The notes: a model not told the origin generated them from the sequence alone. A DNA stretch of 64,000 bases from Vulcanimicrobiota bacterium (GCA_963786105.1 CAWAXX010000007.1:1-64000), one strand, 5' to 3'; shown: positions 37,476 to 49,241, counted from the first letter of the stretch. Numbers and translations: made by a program.

Positions 37476-38636
37476 GTGACCAACGAACAACTCGTCGAGT
37501 TTGCCGAACGCCTCTCGCAGATCGCGGCGTCGGGCGGCGGCCCCAAGGCACTCGCCGCACACCTTGCCGCCGCTATCGGGAGCAGCGTGTTGCTGGAGGA
37601 TCTGCGCTGGCACCGGCTAGCGGCCGCCGGCACCGGCGACATCCCCGCCAGCGCGCGCGAGACGGTCGAAAGCGGCGGACCGGGGCGCTCGATTCAGGTC
37701 GTTGCCGGCAGCGCGCACGTCGGTTGGCTGTCGGTTTTCGGCAACGGTGCGCCGCCCGCGAGCGACGACGCGATGCGCGACCTGGAACTACTCATGCGTC
37801 TTACCGGAGCGGCAATCGGCATCGAGCTAGCGCGGCAGCCGGACGCCGCGCGCGGCCGGCGAGCCGAGTTCTGGGAACGACTGATCGGACGGACGCACCA
37901 CGATTTGAATGCTGCGCGCGACGATGCCGTTGCGAGCCGGTTGATTCTCGCGCCTGCGTATCTCGCCATCGCCCTGGAGCGCGAAGCCGGCGATGAGACC
38001 GCGCGATCCGGGGATCTGACCGAGTTACGGACAATCGCCGCCGAGGCGTTTCGTTCGAGCGATGCCGACCTCGGATTTTTAGAGCGGGGCGCGACCCTGT
38101 TGATCTTCGTTCCGGCAATGCGCGAGGTCGACGCGAGCAACGCTCGCACCGCCGCCGCACTGCTCCCGAAAGCGGTGGCCAAGCGCAAGGCCGGCTTGCG
38201 GCTAACCGGGGGAGTGGGGACCGTAGAAACGCCGATCGCTTTGCACCAAAGCGCCGACGCCGCGGTCGCCGCGCTGGCGATCGGCCGGCGCGTTTTCGGC
38301 GCCGGCCGCGTGGCGTCGTACGACGAATTGGGGGCCTATCCGCTCCTATACGAAGGCGCCGACGCGCGTCGCCTGCAAACGTTCGCGCGACGAATTTTGA
38401 CGCCGTTACGAACGTACGACGAAAAACATCAAACGGAGCTCGAGCGAACCCTTCGATTGTTTTTCGAAGTCGGTCAAAACGTCAAGACGGCGGCCGCCCA
38501 CCTGAACGTGCACCGCCACACCGTCGTTTACCGGCTCCGTCAGATCGGTGAGATCTGCGCGTGCACGCTCGAAAGTCCCCACGACCAACTCACTCTGCGT
38601 TTGGCGGTAGCGATCGATGCAATCCACTCCTCATAA
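37476..38636 (+). CDS. PucR/CdaR-family transcriptional regulator
   Basis: YDEKHQTELERTL and AAHLNVHRHTVVYRLRQI. Confidence 0.9.
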   Translation: MTNEQLVEFAERLSQIAASGGGPKALAAHLAAAIGSSVLLEDLRWHRLAAAGTGDIPASARETVESGGPGRSIQVVAGSAHVGWLSVFGNGAPPASDDAMRDLELLMRLTGAAIGIELARQPDAARGRRAEFWERLIGRTHHDLNAARDDAVASRLILAPAYLAIALEREAGDETARSGDLTELRTIAAEAFRSSDADLGFLERGATLLIFVPAMREVDASNARTAAALLPKAVAKRKAGLRLTGGVGTVETPIALHQSADAAVAALAIGRRVFGAGRVASYDELGAYPLLYEGADARRLQTFARRILTPLRTYDEKHQTELERTLRLFFEVGQNVKTAAAHLNVHRHTVVYRLRQIGEICACTLESPHDQLTLRLAVAIDAIHSS

Positions 38637-39930
38637 CGACCGGCGACCCGTCACCAAGCGCGAGGTCGTCAAGTTGGCGCGCGAGCAGAACGTTCGCTTC
38701 GTGCGATTGGTTTTTGCCGATATCTTCGGCGTCAGTAAGAACGTGTCGATTCCCATCGGCGAACTGGAGAACGCCCTCGACGGGCGCGTCACCTTCGACG
38801 GCGGCTCGATCGACGGATTCGTACGCGGCGAAGAGCTCGACATGCAACTCAAGCCCGACCCGTCCACCTTCGCGACCTACCCGTGGCCGGCTCCAGACGG
38901 GCGCGAGGCGCGGCTGATCTGCGACATCGCGATGCCCGACGGCCTACCCTTTGAAGGATGTCCGCGGACGACGCTGCGCCGCGCCGTCGAAAGCGCGACC
39001 TCGTTGCGCAACGTTCGAATCGGCCTCGAAGCCGAGTTCTTCCTCTTCGACAAACTCTCCGACGACGTTGCGTCGACGGCGACGACCGACGTCGGTTCGT
39101 ATTTCGATTTCTCCGCGAACGATCGCGGTGAGGCCGCGCGCAACGCCGTCGTAGCGGCGCTCCAGTCGATGGCGGTGCCGGTCGCCTCGGCGCATCACGA
39201 ACACGCCGCCGGGCAGCACGAAATCGACATCGCGCACGACGACCCGCTGTCTGCCGCCGATCACGCTTTGACGATGCGCACGATCGCCAAGCACGTCGCC
39301 GCCGGCTTCGGCTTGGATGCTACGTTCATGCCGAAGCCGATTGAAGAGCGTGCCGGGAACGGCTTGCACGTCGATTTCCGCCTCGACCCCGCCGCCGACG
39401 AGGCGACCGCCCTCTACGTGGTGGGCGGTCTGCTCGCTCACGCTCCCGCGCTCACGGCAATCTGCAATCCGACCGTCAACTCATATAAACGTTTGGTCGC
39501 TGCGTGGGACGCGCCTATTTACACCGTTTGGTCGGAGCGGAGCGCCAACGCCCTGGTGCGCGTCCCCCCCGGGCAGTCGCCGCCGCGAATCGAGATGCGC
39601 AGCCCCGATCCGGCCTGCAATCCGTACCTGGCGATCGCCGTACTCATCGGCGCCGCGGCCGACGGGATTGCGCGCGCCACCCTGCCGGGACCGGCCTTGA
39701 CCGGCTCGACATACGAGTTGAGCGACCACGAAAGGCGGGAGCGCGGAATCGGCACGCTTCCGCGTTCGTTGCGCCAAGCGATCGACGAACTCGACCGCGA
39801 CCCGGTCGTGCGAGCGGCACTGGGGGATCATCTGTTTCACGCGTTTCGCGACGCCAAACTGGCCGAATACGAGCGCTATCGGCGCGCCGTGCATCCCTGG
39901 GAACGCGAACAGTACCTGCGACTGTATTGA
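38617..39930 (+). CDS. Glutamine synthetase-family protein (atypical active site)
   Basis: FDGGSIDGF, EAEFF, HHE..GQHEI, ATFMPKP, NSYKRL and RIEMRSPD motifs. Confidence 0.88.
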   Translation: MQSTPHNDRRPVTKREVVKLAREQNVRFVRLVFADIFGVSKNVSIPIGELENALDGRVTFDGGSIDGFVRGEELDMQLKPDPSTFATYPWPAPDGREARLICDIAMPDGLPFEGCPRTTLRRAVESATSLRNVRIGLEAEFFLFDKLSDDVASTATTDVGSYFDFSANDRGEAARNAVVAALQSMAVPVASAHHEHAAGQHEIDIAHDDPLSAADHALTMRTIAKHVAAGFGLDATFMPKPIEERAGNGLHVDFRLDPAADEATALYVVGGLLAHAPALTAICNPTVNSYKRLVAAWDAPIYTVWSERSANALVRVPPGQSPPRIEMRSPDPACNPYLAIAVLIGAAADGIARATLPGPALTGSTYELSDHERRERGIGTLPRSLRQAIDELDRDPVVRAALGDHLFHAFRDAKLAEYERYRRAVHPWEREQYLRLY

Positions 39931-39972
39931 AAAGGCGAATCCGCGCTTCGCGCTCCTCGCCCCCGGCCTCGA

Positions 39973-41388
39973 CTACTGCTTTAGATCTCGGGCTTTGCGT
40001 CGCAGGACGTTCCACGCGAACTCGACGTCAGACCGCTGCGTGCGCAGATTGCCGATTGCCAAGCGCAGCGCGAAGCGATCGTCGATCTTCGTGTGCGAAA
40101 GAAACAGTTCGCCGGTCGCGTTTACGGCGTGCATGAGGCGTTCGTTGAACGGGTCGCGGGCGTTCTCCGGTACGGCCCGGTAGCGAAAGCACACCACCGA
40201 CAATGGATGCGGAGCGACGATTTCCCATTCGGGATCCGCGCACACCCACTCGGCAAACGTTTGAGCCAATTCGATGTGCTCGCGCAGTTTGATGCGAATC
40301 CCCTCGGCGCCGAAATGGCGCAGCACGAACCAAAGTTTGAGCGCACGAAACCGGCGCCCGAGCTGCAATCCGTAGTCCATGTAGTTGACGGCGTCGCCCT
40401 CGGGAGTCGTCAAATACTCCGGAACGAGGCTGAACGCGCGACGAACCATCGACTCGTCTTTGACGAAGAGCACGGAAAGGTCCATCGGAACGAACATCCA
40501 TTTGTGAGGATTGACGACCAGCGAATTTGCGCGGTCCACACCGTCGAGCAGTCCGCGAAACTCCGGAAGAATCGCCGCCGTGCCGGCGTACGCCGCGTCA
40601 ACGTGCAGCCAAACACCGTAGCGGGCGGCGATTTCGGCAATCGCCGGCACGGGATCGATCGACGTGGTCGACGTCGTGCCGACGGTCGCCACGACGGCGA
40701 GCGGACGCATTCCGGCGGCCTCATCGTCGGCGAGTCGCTGCCGCAAGGCGTCGGGATGCATCCGAAATGCCGCGTCGCTCTCGATTCGTACGACGTTTTC
40801 TTGTCCCACGCCCAGCGCAATGGCGGCCTTCTCGACGTGCGAATGGGTATGATCGGTGATGTAGACCCGTAGACGCGGAACGTCGCGACCACTCATGCCA
40901 TGGCGACGAATGTCCAGACCAAGTGCCTCGCGCGCCGCCGCGAGCGCGGTGAATCCCGCGATCGACGCGGTGTCGTAGACGATGCCCATCCAATCGTCCG
41001 GCACCCCAAGCAGACGGCCGAGCCAACGCATCGTTACTTCTTCCAACTCGGTGGCCGACGGCGAGGTTCGCCAGAGCATCGCTTTCACGTCGAGCGTCGC
41101 CGCCAAAGCTTCGGCAAGCACCGCTACGGGTGCCGCACTGGTCGCAAAGTAGGCAAAGAAACGGGGGTGGTTCCAGTGGGTCGTTCCGGCGACGACGATG
41201 CGCTCGAAATCCGCGAAGATGCGCTCGAACGGTTCGCCGAACTCGGGGGCCTGCGCGGGCAGCTGCGACGTCACGTCGCCCGGGCTGACGGCGGGTAACA
41301 CTCGGTAGTTCTCGGGATGCCGGAAATAGCGTGAGATCCACTCGGCGACACGCGCGAAATCGTCTTCGAACCCGCTTGTTTGGCTCAC
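39973..41388 (-). CDS. Group II PLP decarboxylase (aromatic-L-amino-acid decarboxylase-like)
   Basis: THWNHPRFFAYF, SPSATELE, HVDAAY, NPHKW and GRRFRALKLW motifs. Confidence 0.92.
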   Translation of the reverse strand: MSQTSGFEDDFARVAEWISRYFRHPENYRVLPAVSPGDVTSQLPAQAPEFGEPFERIFADFERIVVAGTTHWNHPRFFAYFATSAAPVAVLAEALAATLDVKAMLWRTSPSATELEEVTMRWLGRLLGVPDDWMGIVYDTASIAGFTALAAAREALGLDIRRHGMSGRDVPRLRVYITDHTHSHVEKAAIALGVGQENVVRIESDAAFRMHPDALRQRLADDEAAGMRPLAVVATVGTTSTTSIDPVPAIAEIAARYGVWLHVDAAYAGTAAILPEFRGLLDGVDRANSLVVNPHKWMFVPMDLSVLFVKDESMVRRAFSLVPEYLTTPEGDAVNYMDYGLQLGRRFRALKLWFVLRHFGAEGIRIKLREHIELAQTFAEWVCADPEWEIVAPHPLSVVCFRYRAVPENARDPFNERLMHAVNATGELFLSHTKIDDRFALRLAIGNLRTQRSDVEFAWNVLRRKARDLKQ

Positions 41389-41428
41389 GCCGTGAAGAGT
41401 TGGCCGGTCGCGCGGAGAAGGCCCTCCC

Positions 41429-42462
41429 ATGAGATACCGCACGTACCCGAAGACCGACGTCACCGTCAGCGAGATCGGTTTCGGGCTCTGGACCACGTCC
41501 ACCGGATGGTGGGGGAACACGACCGACGACGAAGCCGTTGCTATGCTCCGCGAGGCTTTCGACCTTGGAATCACGCTTTACGACGCCGCCGATACGTACG
41601 GCAACGGCCGTAGCGAAGTGCAGCTTGCCGAAGCGTTCGGCGACCGGCGAGACAAGGTGGTCTACGCGACCAAGTTCGGTTACGACTTTTACTCGTCTCA
41701 AAACCTCGAGAAACGGCGCGGGCAGTTCGAGTTGCCGCAGGACTTCTCACCGGCATTCGTGCGCAAGGCGCTGGAAGAGTCGCTGCGGCGACTGCAAACC
41801 GACTACGTCGACATTTACCAGATGCACAACGCGCGGCTGGCGCAGATCGACGACGACGCGCTCTGGGACTTGCTGGAATCTTTCAAGCGCGAAGGAAAGA
41901 TTCGCATGTACGGCGTGGCGCTCGGACCGGCGATTGGTTGGCTCTACGAAGGCGTCGACGCGGTCGAGAAACGCAACGTCGCGAGCCTGCAAATCATCTG
42001 GAACGCGCTCGAGCAGTATCCGGGCAACGTGCAGATCGAAGCCGCCTACGACAACGGCGCGGACACCGGCTATATGATTCGGGTGCCGCACTCAAGCGGC
42101 ATGCTCGAAGGCCGCTATACCCACGAGACGGTCTTCCCCAAAAGCGACCATCGCAGTCATCGCCCGCGCTCGTGGTTGATCAACGGCGTCCAGAAAGTCG
42201 AGCAACTGCGTTTTCTCGAGCGCCCCGACCGGACGCTCGGGCAAGCGGCGGTTGGATGGTTACTCGCCGAACCACGCGTCATGACCGTCTTGCCCAACAT
42301 CTACGATCGCGAGCAACTCGTCGAGTTCGCGGGTGCTTCGGGTGCGCCTGCGCTGACGTCCGACGAGATAGCCCGGGTTAACGATCTCTATGCCAAAAAC
42401 TTCGGCATCGACGAGCCGCCGATGAATTTCAAAGGCACGATGTCTCGAGGCGAAGCGCCTAA
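41429..42462 (+). CDS. Aldo/keto reductase (3' end uncertain)
   Basis: VSEIGFG, DAADTYG.GRSE, ATKFG and ESLRRLQTDYVDIYQMH. The track ORF runs on to 42634 over ridA, which suggests an indel near 42450. Confidence 0.85.
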
Positions 42463-42497
42463 TTCGGCAGTGCTACTCGGTATCGTCGTAAAACCCC

Positions 42498-42888
42498 ATG
42501 AGCAGCCACGAGCGCATTCTGACCCCGAACGCGCCGACACCGATCGGGCCCTACAGCCAGGCGATTTCTGCCGGCGACGTTCTCTTCTGCAGCGGACAGA
42601 TTCCGATCGATCCGCACACCGGCGAGATCGTTGACCGGTGACGTTTCGGCCCAAACCGAGCGCGTCTTACGCAGTCTCGAAGCCGTGTTGACCGCCGCCG
42701 GTAAAAGCTTCGGCGACGTCGTCAAAACGACGATCTTTCTGATCGACATGAACGATTTTGCCGCCGTCAATGCGGTGTACGAAAGGTATTTTGGTTCGGC
42801 TAAGCCGGCGCGTTCGACCGTCGCCGTCGCCGCGCTACCGAAAGGCGCGCGCATCGAAATCGACTGCATCGCCGTCGGGACGCGCTGA
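42498..42888 (+). CDS. ridA: RidA/YjgF family deaminase (frameshift at ~42633)
   Basis: [11 protein letters not shown] and SGQIP in one frame; [19 protein letters not shown] and IEIDCIA in the next. Confidence 0.88.
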
Positions 42889-42903
42889 CGCTAGAGTTGC
42901 GGG

Positions 42904-44088
42904 CTACTGTTGCGACGACAGTCTCGACGTCTCTTCCGAGGCGATGGCGGCGACGTCGGGATCCAGCGACTGTTGAGCGATTCGTAGTTGGTCGAGCGCC
43001 AGCGACTTCTGCCCCTGCGAGGCGTACGCCACGGCCAGCAGGTAGCGAATGCGGCCGTCCTGCGGCGCCGCCGCGACGCCTTTGAGCAGGGCGGCTTGTG
43101 CGAGCGGGTAGAGGTTGTTGTGCTCGTAGTCGATGCCGAGGTCCACGTACGCTTCCGGCAGGTACGGACCGACGACGGTAGCTTGAACGTAGAAGTCTAC
43201 CGCGCGCTTCCAGTCGCCGCGCCGGTCGGCAAGAAATCCGAAATTTACGAGCGATTCGGGGCGTTCGGGAGCAAGCGAATGGGCACGGATGAGATAGGGC
43301 TTGGCAACGTCGTCGTCGCCCGACTGCAAGTACGCAGCGCCGAGATTATTGGTGCACGTATAGTTCGTCACGTCGATCTGTAAGCACGCGGTAAAGTCTT
43401 TTTCCGCTTCGGTGTAGTTGTGCAGGTCGAAGTACGTTAAGCCGAGACCGTTGAGCGCCGTGAGCGACTGGTGATCGTTGTCGAGCGCGCGCATGAAGTA
43501 GGCGAGCGCGTCGGCAGGCTTATGAAGCGCGGCGAAAATTTGGCCCATTTCGGCTTGGACGTCGACGTCCGTCGGCTGGGCGTTGGCGAGCTGCTGCATC
43601 TGCTGGCGATACTGCGGAAGATCCCCCTTGCGCAGGTGCATCGCAACCAGGTCGGCGACCGAGTCGGTCCCCGGAAGAGCTTTATTGAACTGCTCGATTG
43701 CGTCGTCGACGCGATTTTCTGTGGCGTAGACCACGCCCAAGCGGTTATGCGTCTCGCGGTCTCCGGGGTTGTGCTCGAGGATGCGTTTGTACACCTGTTC
43801 GGCCTTGTCGAAACGGCCTTGGCGGTAGTAGAGGTCGCCGAGGAAGCGCTCCGGACCACCCTCGCCTGGATGCGAAACGACGTAGATCTCGAGGCCCTTA
43901 ACCGCGCCCCCGAGATCGCCGGCGGCGATGCGCTCGCGTGCCACCCGAATCGCTCCCTGGGGATCGGACACGAAGACCGGCTCGAACATGGAGGGGTCGT
44001 TCACGATCTTCGCTTGAGCGACGGCCCGGCCACCGGTCAATACGACCAGTCCCAGGGCCACGGTTGCGAACAGGCACAGGCGGCGCAT
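42904..44088 (-). CDS. Exported TPR-repeat protein
   Basis: Signal peptide and multiple TPR repeats. Confidence 0.85.
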   Translation of the reverse strand: MRRLCLFATVALGLVVLTGGRAVAQAKIVNDPSMFEPVFVSDPQGAIRVARERIAAGDLGGAVKGLEIYVVSHPGEGGPERFLGDLYYRQGRFDKAEQVYKRILEHNPGDRETHNRLGVVYATENRVDDAIEQFNKALPGTDSVADLVAMHLRKGDLPQYRQQMQQLANAQPTDVDVQAEMGQIFAALHKPADALAYFMRALDNDHQSLTALNGLGLTYFDLHNYTEAEKDFTACLQIDVTNYTCTNNLGAAYLQSGDDDVAKPYLIRAHSLAPERPESLVNFGFLADRRGDWKRAVDFYVQATVVGPYLPEAYVDLGIDYEHNNLYPLAQAALLKGVAAAPQDGRIRYLLAVAYASQGQKSLALDQLRIAQQSLDPDVAAIASEETSRLSSQQ

Positions 44089-44169
44089 CTTCGTTCCCCC
44101 CTTTTTGAAGTATAACGCTTTACCGGCTACAGCGTGACCCCTCGAGGGCGCCGGCCGCGGCCCAACCGC

Positions 44170-45601
44170 CTATTTTACTAGGGGAAGTATGTTGCTCGGC
44201 GTGAGGGGATAGAACGTCATCGCGATCACCGCCACGGCGCAAATCGCGATGCTCGCCCAGGCCAATGGCACGAACGGCTTTGGATCGTGCGGCTCGTGGC
44301 GTGCCCGTGCATACATCGCGAAGATGATCTTGACGTAGGCGTAGAGCGAGATGGCGGTCCCGGCGATCAGCAGCCCGGCCATCCACACGTACCCCGCGCT
44401 GACGCTGGACGACAGGATCAAGATTTTTCCTAGGAAGCCGGCGGTTGGCGGCAAACCCGCCAGTGCGAGCAGAAAGAACGTCATCGCAACGGCCAAGAGT
44501 CGGGCGCCGCCGACCGAGACCTTCGTAGCTCGTCAAGCGCGAGCCCTGTTCGCCGTCGTTCGAGATCACCGCCGCAACCGCGAACGCTCCGAGGTTCATA
44601 AAGGTGTACGCCGTGAGATAAAACACCGCGTACCGCAGTCCGAGCGGCGTGCCGCCGGCCATCGCCGTGAGGATGTACCCAGCCTGCGCGATGCCGGAAT
44701 AGGCGAGCAACCGTTTCAGATCGTGCTGCGCGAGCATGCCGGCGTTTCCGACGATCATCGAGATACCAGCGACGATCCAAAACGGTAGGAGGAGCTTCTC
44801 GGCCACGCCCGACGGGAGTGCCGCATAGATGAAGCGCGCGAATACTGCGAGCACGGCCGCTTTGGTGGCCACGCTCATGAAGGCCGTTACCGGGAGCGGC
44901 GCGCCCTCGTAGACGTCCGGCGCCCAGGTGTGGAACGGAACGAGGCTCAGCTTAAAGGCCAATCCGATCAAGAACATACCGGCGCCCATCCAAAAGAGCG
45001 CGCTCGCGGCCAGAGCGGGGTTGACGAAATCGGCCAGCATCACGCTGCCGGTTGCGCCGAAAAGCAGCGCCATTCCGTACAGCATGAATCCGGTCGCGGT
45101 CGAGCTGAGAATGAGATACTTGAGCGCCGATTCGCGGGCGGTTTTGCGATCGACCATGCCGCACAAACAGTAGAGCGCGAGCGAGAGCAGTTCGAGTCCC
45201 AGGAAAATCGTCATCAAATTGGCGGCGCCCGCCATCAGCATCGCGCCGCACGTGCCCCACAACATCAGCGCGGTGGTTCCCGCGATGCGCTCGCCCGCGC
45301 CGATGGCGCCGTAGAGGATCAACGAGCCGAGCAACGCCAGCAGGATAATCTCTTCGAACACGCTGGTGAAGCCGCCGGTCATGAAACCGCCGAAAAACGC
45401 GTTGTAGTCGCGACCGAACTGGCCCGCGACGACGACACCGGCCGCGATACCGCCGATCGCCCCAATCAGGATCGAGACGTATCGCGGGGCTCGATCGCGC
45501 GCGAGCAAGTCGACGATCAATATCGCTAACGCCGCGACTGCCACGATCGCGATCGGCACCAACGCACTCCAGTCGGCGGAGGTGAACGGAAGCGTCATCA
45601 T
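44170..45601 (-). CDS. nuoN: NADH-quinone oxidoreductase subunit N (frameshift ~44500)
   Basis: ESALKY, FKLSLVPFH.WAPDVYEGAP and KRLLAYS; tail lies in ORF 44170-44496. Confidence 0.92.
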
Positions 45602-46986
45602 CTGACCATCCCCGCAAACGCGGCCATGATGGCCTGCGGCGCAATGCCGACGAAAACCAAGGCCGCCAGTAGCGGCGCCACCGCAAGTCCTTCGAGCCAC
45701 GTCAGGTCGTGGCGAACGGGGAGATCGTCGAGCTCGGGGCCGTTCATGATGCCTTGATAGAGCCGCAGGAAATACGCCGACGCCAGGATGATTGCCACTA
45801 ACCCGACGATCGCCGGCCACACGTAACCGGCTTGATAGATACCGATGAGCATCACGAGCTCGCCGACGAATCCGGCTAGCCCCGGTAGTCCAAGCGCGGC
45901 CAAGCAGGCGATGCAGAAAGCGCCGGCGAGCCTCGGGTTTGCCCAGCCTAGGCCGCCGAGCCGAACCAGCGAACGCGTGCTCTCGCGTTCCTCGACGTAT
46001 CCGACGATCATGAACAGCGCAGCCGAAAACAGCCCGTGGGCGATCATGTACACGAGCGCACCTTGCAGCGCGAGCTGGTTGCCCGCAACGATGGCGATCA
46101 CGATCAACCCGAGGTGCGAGAGCGACGAATAAGCGACGACCCGCTTCGCGTCGTGCTGCACGAGCGCCGCGACCGCGCCGTACAGCAGCGAGATTCCACC
46201 GAGCACGATCAAGACGCCCGAATACTGCCGCAGATATTCGGGCAAGAACGCGAGGGCAATGGCGATCAAGCCGTAGAGCCCAGCTTTGGATTGCACCGCG
46301 CCAACGACGGCGACCATCGGTGCCGGCAACTCGGTATACGTCAGCGGCATCCACGTGTGCAACGGCCACACCGGCGTTTTCACCAAAAACGCCACCGCAA
46401 AGCCGGCGAAGATCCACGGCGCCCATGCGCCGACGACGTGCACGCCGGCGCGGCCGATCACGTCGGTCGACCCGTAAATGATGCCGAATGCGGCGGTCGC
46501 GAGCAGCAGCAACAGGCCGCCCGCAAAATTGTAGACGAAGTAACGCCACGCCGTGGCGGGATGATTGCTCCAGCCGATCAGTCCGAAAAAGACCGGAATC
46601 AGCATGAGGTCCCAGAACAGCGCGAACACCAGCAGGTCGCGCGCCAGGAAGAGTCCCAGCATCGCTCCTTCCAGCAGCAGCATCATCGCGACGAAATTCC
46701 GCATACGTGGAAGCCTGGTCGCCGCGATCGCGCACGCCGTGCTCAGCGTCAGCAACAGTGCCAGCCAGAAAGAAATCGGCGTGGCGCCGAAATGGAACGC
46801 GGCTTCGAACGGACGCGACAGCCAGCGGAAGCTCCATTCCGCATCGCGGGCGGCCACCAGCATAACTAGCGTTGCCGCCGCCACCAACGTCCCGGCGGCG
46901 CGCGAAACGTGCCGGTCGTCGCGCGGCAGCGCAAACAACGCGACTCCAGCGACGATCGGAAGCAGGATCGTGGCTAGCACCAACAT
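45598..46986 (-). CDS. nuoM: NADH-quinone oxidoreductase subunit M
   Basis: VKTPVWPLHTW, KRVVAYSSLSH and GLPGLAGFVGE. Confidence 0.92.
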   Translation of the reverse strand: MLVLATILLPIVAGVALFALPRDDRHVSRAAGTLVAAATLVMLVAARDAEWSFRWLSRPFEAAFHFGATPISFWLALLLTLSTACAIAATRLPRMRNFVAMMLLLEGAMLGLFLARDLLVFALFWDLMLIPVFFGLIGWSNHPATAWRYFVYNFAGGLLLLLATAAFGIIYGSTDVIGRAGVHVVGAWAPWIFAGFAVAFLVKTPVWPLHTWMPLTYTELPAPMVAVVGAVQSKAGLYGLIAIALAFLPEYLRQYSGVLIVLGGISLLYGAVAALVQHDAKRVVAYSSLSHLGLIVIAIVAGNQLALQGALVYMIAHGLFSAALFMIVGYVEERESTRSLVRLGGLGWANPRLAGAFCIACLAALGLPGLAGFVGELVMLIGIYQAGYVWPAIVGLVAIILASAYFLRLYQGIMNGPELDDLPVRHDLTWLEGLAVAPLLAALVFVGIAPQAIMAAFAGMVR

Positions 46987-48937
46987 CAGTGCAGTCCTCC
47001 CGCTACGAGCGCGTAGTAGACGATGAAACAGGCCGCGCCAAAAGCCAGAATCAGTGCGTACGCGCGCACCAGGCCGTTCTCGAGCCACTGCACCAGCGCT
47101 CCCGCGGTCCGAGTGACCACGACGAGTTCGCGGACGGCTCCGTCGATCAGATGCGGATCCAAAACGCGCGCGACCAGCGTGCCGGCCAGTTGGGACGTAC
47201 GCACGAAGACGATGTCGATGAAGGTATCGAAGTAGAAGAGATGCGTCAGCACCGCGGGAGTGCGCTCTGCTTCGACGCGCAATCGCTCCACGGCATTCGC
47301 TTGCGCCGCTTTGGTCGCGTACCGCGACCATGCGACTCCGAAGCCGGCAAGCACGACCAGAAAGACGATCGCCGACGTCGCCAGCTCGGTAATACCGGGA
47401 GCCGGAAGCGCCGCTGCCGCGAACTGCGGCGCGAAATAGCGCGCCCAGGGCGAGTTTTCGCCGCCCCACATGAGCGCGGCGCCGATGGCCACCGTCGGCA
47501 CGATCAGGATGCCTACCGGCAGGTTCATGATCCAGGCCGGGGCGTGGTGGTCCCGATGCCCGCCGGAGGCACCCGAGTCGGGCTCGACGCCGCCGCGATA
47601 GTCACCTAAGAACGTGACGAACAGCAACCGGAACATGTAGTAGGCGGTGAGGCCGGCGGTCGCGATGCCGTGGCAAAGATCCACGGATGTCCGTGAACGA
47701 GCGCACCGTAGATCACTTGATCCTTGGAGAAAAAGCCGCTGAATCCGGGAATGCCGCAGATCGAGAGCACGCCGGTCAGAATCGCCCAAAACGCAAACGG
47801 CATCTTCGTACGCAAACCGCCCATGCGGCGTACGTCTTGCTCGTTCCCGAGCGCATGAATGATCAGACCGGCCGCTAGGAAGAGCTGCGCTTTGAAAAAC
47901 GCGTGCGTGAAGAAGTGCGCGATCCCGCCTTGGTAGGCACCCACGCCGACGCCGAGGATCATGTAGCCGATTTGCGACATCGTCGAATACGCGAGAATTC
48001 GCTTGATGTCCCATTGCACGCAGCCCAGGATGGCGCCGGCGATCGCGGTCACCGCGCCGATCGTCCCCGCCAGCATCTGCGCGTCGTGGCTCGCGTTCCA
48101 GAGCGGCGCGCAGCGAGCGATGAGATAGACGCCGGCGGTCACCATGGTGGCGGCGTGGATGAGCGCCGAGACGGGCGTCGGACCTTCCATGGCGTCGGGC
48201 AGCCAGGTGTGCAGCGGAATCTGCGCCGATTTGGCGGCCGCTCCGATGAAGAGCGCAACGCAGATCGTCAGCAACGCCGGCGAGCCGAACGTGCCGGCGG
48301 CGGCGAAGACGTCGCCGAATGCGATCGAGCGCAGGTTGGCGAAGATCGCAAAGATCGCGAACATGATGGCAACGTCGCCGACGACGTTGATCACGAAGGC
48401 CTTGCGCGCGGCCGCGACCGCGGTCGGCCGCTCGAACCAGAACCCGATCAGGAAATATGAGGCGAGGCCGACCAAGCCCCAGCCGACCAGCAACCCGACG
48501 AAATTATCGGAGAGCACGAGCGTGAGCATCGCGAAAACGAAGAAATTCATGTACGCGAAGAAGCGCGCGTATGCGCGATCGCCGTCCATGTATCCCATCG
48601 CGTAGAAGTGGATCAAAAAGCCGACGCCGGTGATGATGAAGGTCCACAGCAACGAAAGAGGATCGAGCAGCAGGCCAAAGTCGAACCCCGGCATCCACGA
48701 AAACAGCGCCTGATGCGCCCCGAGAGCGCCGCCGGAACTCTGCGTCCCGGCACTCCACGACAGCGCCGCCAGCACGAACGATACGGCGAGCGCGCCGGAG
48801 GCCAGCCAGCCGCAGAACGTCTTGAGCTGCGGTCCGAACGTCCAGCACGCGATCGCACCGGCGAGCGGCAAGAGCCACAGCGCGACCAACAGCGGATACG
48901 ATCCGTCAACGCCCATGGCGTGGTGCACGGCGTTCAT
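46986..48937 (-). CDS. nuoL: NADH-quinone oxidoreductase subunit L (frameshift ~47670)
   Basis: KSAQIPLHTWLPDAMEGPTPVSALIHAATMVTAG and THAFFKA. Confidence 0.93.
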
Positions 48938-49239
48938 CCGCGAAGTAACCTGATTTCGTCGACGTCGACGTTCTTCTCGGCGCGGAACGTCGTGACGACG
49001 ATCGCGAGCCCGATCGCCGCCTCGGCCGCGGCAACCGTGATGACGAGAAACGCAAAGACCTGTCCCGCGTTGGCTAGCCACGCACGCGCGAACGCCATGA
49101 ACAGCAGATTGGCGGCGTTGAACATCAACTCGATGCTCATCAGCATGACGAGCGGGTTGCGGCGAAGCAACACGCCGGCGACGCCGATGAAGAACATCAC
49201 CGACGAAAGCGCAATGTAGTTTCCAATCGCTACGGGCAC
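48934..49239 (-). CDS. nuoK: NADH-quinone oxidoreductase subunit K
   Basis: RRN....MSIELM and VAAAEAAIGLA. Confidence 0.93.
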   Translation of the reverse strand: MPVAIGNYIALSSVMFFIGVAGVLLRRNPLVMLMSIELMFNAANLLFMAFARAWLANAGQVFAFLVITVAAAEAAIGLAIVVTTFRAEKNVDVDEIRLLRG

Positions 49240-49241
49240 GT

